NCBI GenBank assembly: GCA_024137785.1
Contig: JAHRHZ010000016.1
Span: forward strand, 32,829,962-32,893,961
DNA length: 64,000 nt
Direction: 5' to 3'
Source: Ginglymostoma cirratum
Taxonomy: Eukaryota
The notes under the pieces were generated by a model. It did not search any database, was not told the origin of the DNA, and saw only the letters and a program-made list of their open reading frames with translations. Of this stretch, positions 34,280-46,560 are shown piece after piece (position 1 is the first letter of the stretch; every line of letters starts with the position of its first letter). Position numbers and translations under genes: made by a program.

Positions 34280-35180
34280 GCTTTTCTAAACTTAGAAATT
34301 TATACAGAAAATGTGTCAAAACAGCTGAAGAGGTACAGCCAGTTCAAAAATTGAAACATGTATCAATTAGCTGTGTGATCGGAAACCATAGGCTTGTTTT
34401 GATGTTTTTGGCAACTAGCAACTGGCTGGAATTAACCAATTAATTTAAACCAAACACTTAGTGATTAAAAGCCAATTGAATTTAAATCTGATGGCTTTGA
34501 CAACCTCAGACCAATGCTATTGTAAGAAAATTGATATGTCATCTAAGGTATATAAGGAGAGGGTTTTTGAAAATCATTGTAAGAACAAACTACCGTCTGA
34601 GAAATAAGCATTTAGCTCTCACAAGAAATCACTAAGCTCTCTAAGAAAGCAACATATATCCATAAAAGGTACATGTCACTTTTAGCTAAGAGTCCTCACG
34701 GAAGACTTCACAGAAAACACATCCTTGACAGCCGGATCAGCGGAAGAAGGGTGGTTTTGACTTGAGAACAGCAGGAGAAAGGCATGTAGAATTTGAGAGA
34801 CTAAGTTTTAATTTATTTTCTTATTTCTTTCATTTATATAAGTAGGACTTATGTTTATTGGAACAGTGTATCAGTAGAATTTAGTTCAGTTGGGGAATAG
34901 TTAGTAGTTAAAGGAGAATTGTTTGGTTTATTAAAAATTTTGTTAACTTGTTCACAATAAATAAATTGTTACCTGTTATTTATAAAGTGAATATCAGGGA
35001 TTTTCTTTATTTAACTTTCCCTTCTCTGTAACAGTTTAACAGATTAGGCAAGGTGAGGCAAACTTCCCTGGGTGTTTCAGGTATAATTATTAGAAGGGGA
35101 CCTCTACTCCAACTTTAACAGTTTGGGGGCTTGTGTTTTGATTTTAATTATCAGAGTGGTTCAACCTCCCCTTCCTAACA
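34280..35180 (+). mobile_element. LTR-like sequence with degenerate tRNA-Pro primer-binding site
   Basis: CCAAT (34511), TATATAA (34549) and AATAAA (34956); ...TAACA end at 35120 followed by TGGGGGCTTGT, 10/11 identical to the start of the tRNA-Pro PBS. Confidence 0.5.
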
Positions 35181-36555
35181 TAAGCTTTTCATGCTGTTAA
35201 AAGCTTAATTTGTTCCTAGAACATACAGATTAGATGAAGTTGGCTGACAACCAATTTGAACACAGAATGTGGAAATTGTTTTAAGGAAAGAAAATAGCAA
35301 ACCAAAGAGATATGAGAAATATCTAGTCCATATGCTTGCATGTAATTGAGGGTGGTCTTAAAGCAATGCAAAAAGATTTTAGGATGTGGAATGTCTGAGC
35401 AAAGTCAAAGAAAAGATGATAAAGATTGAAAAAGACAGTTGAAACTATCAGGAGATTTTGAGGAATTTCTTTAAACAAACTACATAAAATTGCAACGTGA
35501 CATCACTTGGCGACTTGGGTTCACCCCTCTCAGGTCAACAGAGAGTTAACTCTTTCGGCTGACTGCTTTTTTTCAATTTTACCCTGTGCCTTCCATATCG
35601 CTTGATGTATGGTTTTGGGAATTACTAAATTTACAGATATGATTGGCCATTCCTGACCTATTGGGCTTGTGGCCAGAGCGACAGTGGATTTTGGTTTTGT
35701 GTTTTAAGCTGGTCTCAAGAGGCACCTAAGTACTAATACCACAGCCATAGAACCAGGAGTCTTGCAGATTCAAGAACTTACATACTGACATCAAGTTTGG
35801 ACTAAATGCTTTGTGACTCAGCGTCTTGGCCTTGACCAGTCAGACCACTTGTTATCTTCTCAGACAAAGTACTTGAAAATGGAAGAATACTCAACTGACT
35901 GTGATCATTTGTGTATTTGATATTAAAAGCACTATTTAAATTCACCAGACGTGGAGATAATTGTCTCAACATTGGGATTGATAAAATAATGATACAAGTT
36001 GCTATTTCAAGCATTCAGTGGGAAATTTATGAAGTCAAGGAAACAAACGCATTTTAAATTTGAATTAAAAAAAAAGATGCAGCCTTTTCAGTGGTTTTAA
36101 TTTGTACAAAAAAAGGAAAAGATCATTTGGGAAGAAGTAACGGATTATATATTTCCTTTCCAATCGAACAATACTTAAACTGCTGCTTCTTAATGAGCAC
36201 AATAAATTGCTTAGAAATAGTTAACTGCCTTCGGTAAGTAACTATGATCATGAAATCATAAAAACTAACACTCATAATAACGGGATTTCTGGGTGTATCT
36301 TAACGAGTCTTCTTTATTAATTATTTAATCCTCCCCCATGGTGTCGCTTGTATCTGACACTATCTTCATCTTATCACACAGCGTACCCAGGACAACTCGC
36401 CACTCAGCAATTACCCACCAAAAGACCAGCAAGCCTGGTGCCCACATCATATCTAAACGCCTCTGTGCATCCTGATGAACACTGGTTTTTCCGAGTTGTT
36501 GGGTACAGTGACAGACAGAGCCTGCGCATGTTGGAGAAGGGGAAGATAGTGCCAT

Positions 36556-36918
36556 GATTATCTTGAGGTTCTTAAAATCATGAGGGTCATAGATAAGGTG
36601 AATGGCAGATGTCTTTCCCCGAGAGTGGAGGATTTCAAGACTAGAGGGCTTATTTTTAAGGTGAGAGCAGACAGAATTAAAAAGTACATGGGAAGCAACT
36701 TTTTTATGAAGAGAGTAGTTTGTGTCTGGAATGAACTTCCAGAGGAAGTGTTGGATGCAGGTACAACGTTTAAAAGGCTTTTGGACAATTACATGAATAA
36801 GAAAGGTTTGGAGGGATATGGGCCAAGTGCAGGCACATGAGATTAATTTAGTTTGGGATTATGGTCAACATGGACTGGTTGGACTAAAGGGTCTGCCTTC
36901 ATGTTGCATGACTCTATG
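36556..36918 (+). mobile_element. CR1/HER1 3' fragment
   Basis: FFMKRVVCVWNELPEEVLDAGT peptide and a HER1-like tail. Confidence 0.85.
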
Positions 36919-36939
36919 AATCTACGACGTTTTGAATCT

Positions 36940-37105
36940 ACAATAGTGACCTAGATGGAGAGGAGAGGCATCTTGTGCTCCAGGAGAGATGCCACAATAC
37001 CAGACCCTGACAGCCTTGTCTGAGGTTACTAACCAGGTCAGTGTCATTTTAATAGTCTGGAAATGCCCAGCAGTGCCATGGGAAGATCAATGACCTTTCC
37101 CCTTT
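36940..37105 (+). mobile_element. Harbinger Myb/SANT-like ORF remnant
   Basis: MERRGILCS...LTALSEVTNQVS...NAQQCHGKINDL resembles the AW.EVA..VS...R...QCRK..NDL trihelix motif. Confidence 0.55.
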
Positions 37106-37789
37106 GGTCTCTGATGCCGTACATTCACTCCATTATTTCTCCAACACCCACCTCCTGCCTTGGCTCATGCTCCATGACTCTCACTATTGCCTGCAACACC
37201 TTCTCTTACTCATTCTCAAATCCCCTCAGTCTCCCAGACCAGTAAACCCGCCTTGTCCAGTTTTAGAAAATCCTCTCTACTTTTATATTCCATCCCCTTT
37301 GAAATAAAAGCCATCAGTGCTGCCTTCTCACTCTTTCGGAACACCTCAGCCCCTTTCCCCTACCTACACCAGAACTAATGGATTTGCCACCACTTCAATT
37401 TCACTTGATTCCTCCCAGGGGGCAGCACATAATAGGGCAGACAGGGCTTAGACAAGTGGAGAGGGCTCTCCATTAAGCTCCTCAATCCTACAAGAAGAGA
37501 TTCCTCTCAGGAGAAGATCGAGGCGACTCTTGCAGGCTTGCTGAGGTATCCATCCATAAGCAAGTTTCCTAATAACTCCACAATCAATCTCATTCATAAA
37601 TTGCTAATTCTAACCATTTGGAGGGGATATTTATCTTACCAAGACTGTGAGCACGACCTGGTTAGTATCTCTCTGCGACAGCTTTGCCGTTGACAATGAA
37701 AATATGTCCTAGACCATTGGCACTTGGAGCATTGCCAGACACCAGGTACCTGCTTAGCATCAGGCAGGAAGAGGACGCAGTAGTGTCAG

Positions 37790-38620
37790 CAATAAGACCA
37801 TAACATCATTAGATATAAAAGGAAAAGTAGGTCAATCAGCTTGTCAAGTTGGCTCTGCCATTCAACTCCATTTTCCTCATAACCTTTGATTCCCTTACTG
37901 ATTAAACATCTGTCTATCTCAGCCTTGAATATACTTAATGACTCGTCCTCAACAGTGGTAAAAAAATTCCATAAATTCACAACCCCCTGAAAAAAGAAAT
38001 TCCTCTGCATTTTAAATGTGTGACCCCTTTTTCTGAGATCACACCACTTGGACCTAGACTGTCCCACAAGGGAACCTTTTCGCATCTACCCTGTCAAGTC
38101 CTCTATGGATCTTATATGTTTCAATGAAGTCGACTCCCATTCTTCAATAATCCAATGAATACATGCCCAATTGACTCAATATCTCCTCATAAGAAAGTCC
38201 CTTTGTAGCTGATGTCAGCTAAACTAAGCTTTTTATGACTGCCTGTAATACTTTTCTTAGATAAGGGGCCCAAATCTGTTCACAGTATTAGAGCTGTAAA
38301 CTGACCAGTGCCTTGTCCAGTTTTAGAAAATCCTCTCTACTTTTATATTCCATCCCCTTTGAAATAAAAGCCAACATTCCATTTGCTTTCCTCATTACCT
38401 GTTGCACTTGAACGGCAACTTTCTATGAATGATGAACAAGGGCCCCTAAATCCCTTTGTTATGTAGCTTTCTGCAATCTTTCTCTAGTTAAATAATATTC
38501 AGCTCCAAAATTGTCCACTACATCTACTAAATGCTCAATCTCACATTTCTCCACATTATATTCCATCTGCAAAGCTTTTGCCCACTAGCTCTTGTCTGCC
38601 CATCTGACCTCTCAATGGCA
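37790..38620 (-). mobile_element. CR1 3' fragment
   Basis: RNFFFQGVVNLWNFF...SLSIFKAEIDRCLISKGIKGY. Confidence 0.85.
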
Positions 38621-38799
38621 TCTTTGCTAATTCTTTATCATTGAATCACATAACCCAATGTTTTCAGTTTATATCATTTGTGAACCCAAAACATTATCTG
38701 AAAACTTCTCAGAAGACCAAGTAGCAGCTACTGCCACTTTCTTTCATGAACCTTTGCTCTGTTTGAGTCAAAAGTGAGAAGCACAGTACACTGTTAGAG

Positions 38800-41342
38800 C
38801 AAAGAACAAAGAACAAAGAAAATTACAGCACAGGCCCTTCAGCCCTCCAAGCCTGCACCGAAATGCTGCCCATCACAACTAAAACCCCTGACACTTCTAG
38901 GGATCATATCCTTCTATTCCCATCCTATTCACGTATTTGTCAAGATGCCCTTTAAAAGTCACTATCACATCTGCTTCCACTACTTCCCCAGCAGTGCGTT
39001 CCAAGCACCCACCCTGTGTAAAAAACTTGCCTCGTACATCACCTTTAAACCTTGCCCCTCGCTCCTTAAACCAACGGCTCCTAGTCACTGACTCTTCAAC
39101 CCTTGGAAAAAGCTTTTGACTGTCCACTCTGTCCATGCCCTTCATTATCTTGCAGACCTCTATCAGGTCACCCCTCAACCTCCATCATTCCAATGATAAC
39201 AACCCAAGTTTCTCCAACCTGCCCTCATAGCCAATGCTCTCCATACCACACAACATTCTGGTAAACCTGTTCTGTACCCTCTCCAAAGCTACCACATTCC
39301 TTTAGATAGTGCGGCAACCAGAATTGAACATAATATTCCAAATGCAGCCTAACTAAAGTTGTATAAAGCTACAACATTTCCTATCAATTTTTAAACTCAA
39401 TGCCCCAGCCATTGAAGGCAAGCATGCTATATGCCTTATTGACTACCTTCTCCATCTGCATTGCCACTTCAGTGACCTATGTACCTGTACACCCAGATCC
39501 CTCTGCCCAAAAGTCCTCTTAAGGGTTCTTCCATTTACTGTATATTTTCCATCTGGATCAGACTTTCCAAAATGCATTACCTCATATTTTTTTCCGGATT
39601 AAACTCCATCTGCCATTTCTCTGCCCAAGTCACCAACTATATCCTTTATCCTTTGACACTGTATTCTTTGAAGGTCCTCATCGCTATCCACAATTCCACC
39701 AACCTTTGTGTCATCTGCAAACTTACTAATCAGACCAATTGCTCCAAATCATTTATATATACCACAAATAGCAAACGCTGATCCCTGACGAATGCCACAA
39801 GTCACAGTCCTCCATTCAGAAACACACCCTTTCACTGCTACTCTCTGTCTTCTATGGCCGCGTTAGTTTTTTATCCATCTTGCAAGCTCACCTCTAACCC
39901 CATGCAACTCTAGCTTCTGTATCAGCCTGCCATGAGGAACCTTGTCAAAGGCCTTATTGAAGTCCATGTAGACAACATCTACTGCCCTACTCTCATCGAT
40001 CATCTTCGTCACTTTCTCAAAAAAATCCAACCAAGTTAGTGAGACATGACCTCTCCTTCACAAAACCATATTGCCTCTTGTTAATACTCCCACTTATTTC
40101 CAAATGGGTGTAAATCCTGTCTCGAAGAATCCTCTCCAATAACTTCCCAACTATCAACATAGGCTCGCCGGCCTGTAATTAGCTGGATTATCTCTGCCAC
40201 CCTACTTAAACAAAGGAACAACATTGTCTATTCTCCAATCCTCTGGGACCTCCCCTGTAGGCAGTGAGGATACAAAGATTTCCCTTAAGGCCCCAGCAAT
40301 TTCCTCCCTTGCCTCACTCAGTATTCTGGGATATATGCCATCAGGCCCTGGGGACTTGTCTACATTAATTTTTTTCAAGACCCCCAATACATCCTCCCTT
40401 TTGATCTCAACATGACCCAAACTAGGTACACACCCTTCCCCAGACTCATCTTCCACCAAGTCCTTCTCTATGGTGAATACTATGCAAAGTACTCATTTAA
40501 TACCTCGCCCATTTCCTCTGGCTCCACACAAATTCCCTTCCCTGTCCTTGAGGGGGCCAATCCTCTCCCTGGCTACCTTGTTCCTCTTTATATATGTATA
40601 AAAAGCCTTGGGATTTTCCTTAATCCTGTTGGCCAATGATTTTTCATGACTCCTTTTAGCCCTCCTTACTCCTTGTTTCTTTCGACTTTCCTTGTATTCC
40701 ATACTTTCTTCATGTGTCCCCAGCCTCCTAGCCTTGATAAATGCTTCCTTTTTCTTTTTGATTAGGCCCACAATATGTCTCATTATCCAAGGTTCCCTAG
40801 ACTTGCCATACTTATCCTTCATCCTTGCAGGAATGTGCCAGTCCTGAGTTCCCAGCAACTTACACTTGAAAGCCTTCCACACACCATATGTTGATTTGTC
40901 CTCAAACATCTGCCTCCAATCTACATTCTTATAATTAGCCTTGCCCCATTTTAGCACTTTTATCTGACAACTACACTTATCTTTATCCATCAATACCTAA
41001 AAGCTTACTGAATTGTGATCACTGTTCCAGTGCTGCTCCTCTACTGAGACGTCGACCACCTGGCCAGGCTCATTCCCCAAAACTAGGTCCAGCATGGCCC
41101 CTTTCCTAGTTGGGCCATCTACATACTGTTTCAAGAAGTCCTCCTGGAAGCTCCTTACAAACTCTGCCCCATCTGCACCCCAAGCAGTAAGTGAGTCCCA
41201 GTCAATATATGGGAAGTTAAAATCATCCATGACACAACCTTGTTACTTTTACACTCTTGCCAAAATCTGCCTACATATCTGTTCTTCTATCTCCCTCTGG
41301 CTGTTGGGAGGCCTATAGTAAACCCCAATCATTGTGACTGCC
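38800..41342 (-). mobile_element. CR1/HER1 LINE, 2.5 kb ORF2 (APE C-terminus to RT), decayed
   Basis: DDFNFPYIDW, LDLVLGNEPGQV, NSDHN, KENPKAFYTYI, KSPGPDGIYPRIL and RGDLIEVCKIMKG peptides; (GTTCTTT)n tail at about 38800. Confidence 0.95.
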
Positions 41343-41483
41343 TTTGTGTTCTATGGTTTACCATCCCTCTGAATCTGGGAAAGTATAGCTCCTAATCCAG
41401 ACAATGAGAAATCAAGGGCAATAATCATTAGAATTTCTGGATCGTAGTGAACTAACCAAAGAAGTTAACATTTGTTTGATTAT

Positions 41484-41843
41484 GGGAGGTGATAGTCTAA
41501 TGTTATTATCACTGGACTGTTAATCCAGAGACTCAGGTCATGTTCTAGAGACCTGGGTTCGAATCGCGCTCCGGTAGGTGGTGGAATTGGAATTCAATGA
41601 TAATCTGGAATTAAGGTTCTAATGATGACCATGAAACAATTTGTAATTGTCAGAGAAACCCAGTTGGTTCACTAATGTTGTTTCGGAAAGGAAATTGCCA
41701 TCCTTCCCTGTTGTGGCCTACAAGTAACTCCAGACCCACAGCAATATGGTTGACTCTTAATGGCCATCTGGGCAATTAGGGATGAGCAATAAATGCTGTC
41801 CTAGCCAGCAACATCCTCATACTGTGAATGAATTTGAAAAAAA
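41484..41843 (+). mobile_element. tRNA-derived SINE (same family as 4768-5122), full length
   Basis: B-box GGTTCGAATCG, with body and tail colinear with 4768-5122. Confidence 0.85.
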
Positions 41844-43116
41844 TCCTTTCAAACAATAACTGTTAAACCTCTTCCCTGCATTACACTTGGCCTTGTCTTA
41901 GTAACTGACAATTGGTTCATTTATATTCTCCAAGCTGAGTAAGACAGTATCCACCTGATTTACCACTGCCATAAATTAGTGATATTCTGGGACATCACAA
42001 ACGTTGGAAATTTCTTCAATGCTCTGGTTTTCTGAGATCGACTCTGATACCTGATACATGTAGAACATCCCATAGGAATTTAACAGTTGTCTGTTAATGA
42101 TGGTAAGTACTGCTTCTTGTATATGTTCTACCACAGCTTTCACTCAAGCATCTCACTCACATGAAACCATACATGTGATAGATTACTCCTTCCAGTTCTT
42201 CCAGGAGACTTATCATCATCCATTGTGAAATCTCTGGTGCAGACATGATATCAAAAGGTGATCAAATGAAACAATATCTCACAAATGGAGTAATGATAAC
42301 TGGAATTAATATTGATTCCTGATCTAAAGGTCATTGTCACAAGCCACTATTCACATCTGGCTTGGTTTAAATTGAACTCTCTCCAGTTTTGCTAAGCTCT
42401 CATTCATTTGCCATTGGAAGAAAGTTCCTTGTAACTATTTTTTTTAACTATGTGATAGTCACACAGATTCGCAATGACTGACTGATTACATCACTGAAAC
42501 TATAGACATACAGGCTTGTTTTCTGGACATAATGTGTTGTGCTAAGCATCCCAGCGCTTTGAACAATTGTGGAAATTTCAGCCTAAAATCTTAGGGCTTT
42601 CCTTGGCTTTCTAATTCTTCCATTTTGTAAATTCAGCGTATATTTGTGCAAGGTCTTCCATTTAAAAGTGAACAATTCTGGTTCTAGATTATATGTAATG
42701 TTTCTGTGTTTTTTTTCTCTTCATATTAAAGTGCATCCATCCTATGACTTTAAATTATATGCCTCCTGGTCCATGGAGCATTATATTTGATGGTTAGAAA
42801 AGATCTTACTTTAATCCTGATTCTGTGTCAGAAGGAACCAAAACTCTATCTCCAGTATCCAGTTTAAAACTTGTTTTATGTTCATTAAATAAAATTTCTG
42901 CACTCAGCAGCTTCCAGTGAGCTAATAATCTTGGGAAGGAACGGATTTTCCATTTTATTGACATATTTGATCACTTGATTTTGATTAGCCTTTGTGGATT
43001 TTTCTTTTTGTTTTGCAATGTTAGTTTCCTGGATCAACATGTTGCTTTAAATTGGCATGATTTTTTTACAGGGATGGTATTCTGCGTTTTTAGTTGCACA
43101 ATCTTTGCACCAATGC

Positions 43117-44141
43117 GAGAGATAACAAGGTGTAGAGCTGGATGAACACAGCAGGCCAAGCAGCACCAGAGGAGCAGGAAGGCTGACGTTTCGGGCCTAG
43201 ACCTTTCTTCAGAAATGGGGGAGGGGAAGGGGGATCTGAAATAAATAGGGAGAGAGGGGGAGGCTGATAGAAGATGGATAAAGGAGAAGATAGTGGAGCA
43301 GAGACAGATCGGTCAAAGAGGCAGGGATGGAGCCAGTAAAGGTGAGTTTAGGTGGGGAGGTAGGGAGGAGATAGGTCAGTCCAGGGAGGACGGACAGATC
43401 AAGGGGGCGGGACGAGGTTAGTAGGTAGGAGATGGGGGTGGGGCTTGAGGTGGGAGGAGGGGACAGGTGGGAGGAAGGACAGGTTAGGGAAGCGGGGACG
43501 AGCTGGGCTGGTTTTGGGATGTGGTAGTGGGAGGGGAGATTTTGAAGCTTGTGACGTCCTCATTGATACCATTGGGCTGCAGTGTTCCCAAGCGGAATAT
43601 GAGTTGCTGTTCCTGCAATCTTCGGGTTGCATCGTTGTGGCACTGCAGGAGGCCCAGGATGGACATGTCGTCTGCGGAGTGGGAGGGGGAGTTGAAATGG
43701 TTCGCAACTGGGAGGTGCAGTTGTTTAGAGTGAACCGACCATAGGTGTTCTGCAAAGCAGTCCCCAAGCCTCCGCTTGGTTTCCCCGATGTAGAGGAGGC
43801 CACAACGGGTACAGCGGATGCAGTATACCACATTAGCAGATGTGCAGGTGAACATCTGCTTGATGTGGAAAGTCTTCTTGGGGCCTGGGATTGGGGTGAG
43901 GGGGGAGGTGTAGGGGCAAGTGTAGCACTTCCTGCAGTTGCAGGGAAAAGTGCCGAGTGAGGTGGGGCTGGAGGGGAGTGTGGAGCGGACAAGGGAGTCA
44001 CGGAGAGAGTGGTCCCTCCGGAAAGCAGGTAAGGGTGGGGAGGGAAAAATGTCTTTGGTGGTGGGGTCGGATTGCAGATGGCGGAAGTGTCGGAGGATGA
44101 TGCGTTGGATCCGGAGGTTGGTGGGGCGGTACGTGAGGAAA
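43117..44141 (-). mobile_element. Penelope-like retroelement, 5'-truncated, open GIY-YIG frame
   Basis: ORF 43484-44263: CNCRKCYTC...NVVYCIRCTRCGLLYIGETKRRLGDCFAEHL...NHF...EQQLIFRLGTLQPNGIN. 11-bp TSD TGCACCAATGC at 43106-43116 and 44142-44152. Confidence 0.95.
43185..43212 (-). ncRNA. Minimal hammerhead ribozyme motif in the Penelope pseudo-LTR
   Basis: The reverse complement reads CTGAAGA-A-AGGTC(TA)GGCCC-GAAA-CG-TC, with a mismatch at the base of stem II. Confidence 0.5.
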
Positions 44142-45541
44142 TGCACCAATGCAGCCTTTTCTTGACACTGAGAACACAGGGTTACCGGGGTTGTCACATC
44201 CTCTTTGTGGTTAACCTGTTCCTGTTCAGCCATGCTTCCACTCCAGACAGCAACAAACTGCACAGTTAGCCGTTTTGTCCAAGGCAGCTTAAGTCATCTT
44301 GAATGACTGTATTTTATTTTCGTAATTTCCATTTGCCTGGTTAACTGTTCAGTCCTTGACAATGTCAAGTCTTCTCTCAATAACAAGAATTCTGATAATG
44401 TCTCTTTTAAGACTCCCACAAAGTTTTGAATCAGATGTTAAATTTTCATTTAAATTATTGTGTTCACAACTATCTACCTGTTAGCATGAATCATTAATAA
44501 AGGAGCTGACTCTCCCAGTCGTGGGTGTGCATATTGAACTTTGCCTGCTTAGTAGAGGTGTTTCTCCTCAGAATGAAACAAACATTGTGTCTTGTATTAA
44601 GTACTTTCTCGTATACAATTGTTTTTGCATTGATCGCTGCCTGATAAGTTGTCGTCTTTGCTAAAGCCCACGCCATAAAAACTATACTGACCTGTTCCTT
44701 ACTTGACTTTGTGTCCAGTCCCAAGGTAGTGCACAATGTTAGACATTTGCCAAGGTACCAAATGTTGGACTACCTAATGAGACAAGAGCCCATGGCATTG
44801 GAAGTTTGTATGTTAGCATAGATAAAGGATTGGCTAACTGATGTAAAAGCGAGATTTAGAGTTAGGGAGGCACTTTCAGGATGACAACCTGCAGCTAATG
44901 GAGTGTCGCAAGTTATTGGGAAAAGAGCAGGAAAATGCAGTCAAGAATTATCAGATCAGCCAGGATTTCATTGAATGGCAAAGCAGACTTGAATGAGTTG
45001 AATGGCCTACTTCTACTCGTACATCTTATGGTCTTAAATCTGTGTGTCAGTTCAGCCATTACTCATCTGGTTTAGGCCTGCAATATGTGAAGTGCTCCAG
45101 TGTAAGTCATGTCTTCTCTATTGTTTCTCTGTACTGTTGCTGCGCTCTATGTTTTGCGTTTTCTTATAATCCTTAGTTTATCACTTTTTTAAAATTTCAC
45201 CTGCTGGTCTTTTCCTGCTGCCACCATCTACTGTTCTGTCATTGTTGTTTGGTCATCAGCAAAACTTATTCAACATGGTAACTACTAATTATGTACATGA
45301 AAAGATTGCACACAAGACAGCTCGAGGAACATATCTTAAAGTAGACAAATCGTCATGTCGTCACGTAGTCATATTGTCCTGTATTCTTCCATCACTTTCC
45401 AAGATAATGTCAACTATCTTATTTACATATTCACATTGGTCACACCCCATGATAAAGATTGAACAAGATGACACCAGAGATTAAAACATTAAATTATGAG
45501 AATAGGTTGTATTTAGAAGATTGAGACACAATCTTAGAATC

Positions 45542-45847
45542 AGAATCCCCACAGTGTGGAAACAGGCCCTTTGGCCCAACAAGTCCACATTGACCCTCGA
45601 CCATCCCACCCAGACCCATCCCCTTATAACCCACACACCCCTGAACACCATGGGCAATTTAGCATGGCCAATCCACCTAACCTGCACATCTTTGGACTGT
45701 GGGAGGAAACCGGAGCACCCAGAGGAAACCCATGCAGACATGGGGAGAATGTGCAAACTGCACACAGACAGTTACCTGAGGCTGGAATCGAACCCAGGTC
45801 CCTGGCGCTGTGAGGCTGCAGTGCTAACCACTGAGCCACCATGCCAC
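45542..45847 (-). mobile_element. HE1 SINE, full length
   Basis: Head GTGGCATGGTGGCTCAGTGGTTAGCACTGCAGCCTCACAGCGCCAGGGACC, V-domain and tail. Confidence 0.95.
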
Positions 45848-45997
45848 TCTGATGAAGCTCTGTAAAATGATGAAGGGTTGTAATAGGAAGCTATTTTCCC
45901 AGGTGTGGAATCCAAATGAGGGAATGTAATCTAATAATTAGATTTAGACCAATTAGGAGTGAAATCACAAAAAGGGGAAACAAAAAAACCAGAACAC

Positions 45998-46560
45998 CAG
46001 CCTGGTTCGACCACATCTGGAATATTGTGTCCAGTTCTGGTCACCTCATTACAGGAAAGATGTGGAAGCATTGGAAAAGGTGCAGAGGAGATTTACAAGG
46101 ATGTTGCCTAGAATGGAGGGAACGTCTTACGAGGAAAGGTTGAGAGAGCCAGGGCTTTTCTCTTCAGAACGACGAAGGATGAGAGGTGACTTGATAGAGG
46201 TGTACAAAATGATCAGAGGTATAAATAGAGTAGACAGCCAGAGACTTTTTCCTCGGGTGGAGGTAGCTTTTATGAGGGGACACAGTCTTAAAGTGAAAGG
46301 AGGTAGATATTGGGGAGACGTCAGAGGCAGGTTCTTTACTCAGAGAGTGGTAGGGGCGTGGAATGCATTGCTGGAGAAGGTAGTGGAGTCGGCCTCATTA
46401 GGAGCATTTAAGCGGCTATTAGATAGGCATATGGATGATAGTATAAGGTAGCGGTGGAGGTTACATAGATCTTAGGCTTCGGGTAAAAGTTTGGCACAAC
46501 ATTGTGGGCCGAAAGGCCTGTACTGTACTGTACTGTTCTATGTTCTATGTTCTATGTTCT
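45998..46560 (+). mobile_element. Young CR1/HER1 3' fragment nested in an older CR1 (about 45862-46780)
   Basis: ORF 46062-46451 (ALEKVQRRFTRMLP...FFTQRVVGAWNAL) and a (TGTAC)n(TGTTCTA)n tail. Confidence 0.9.
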
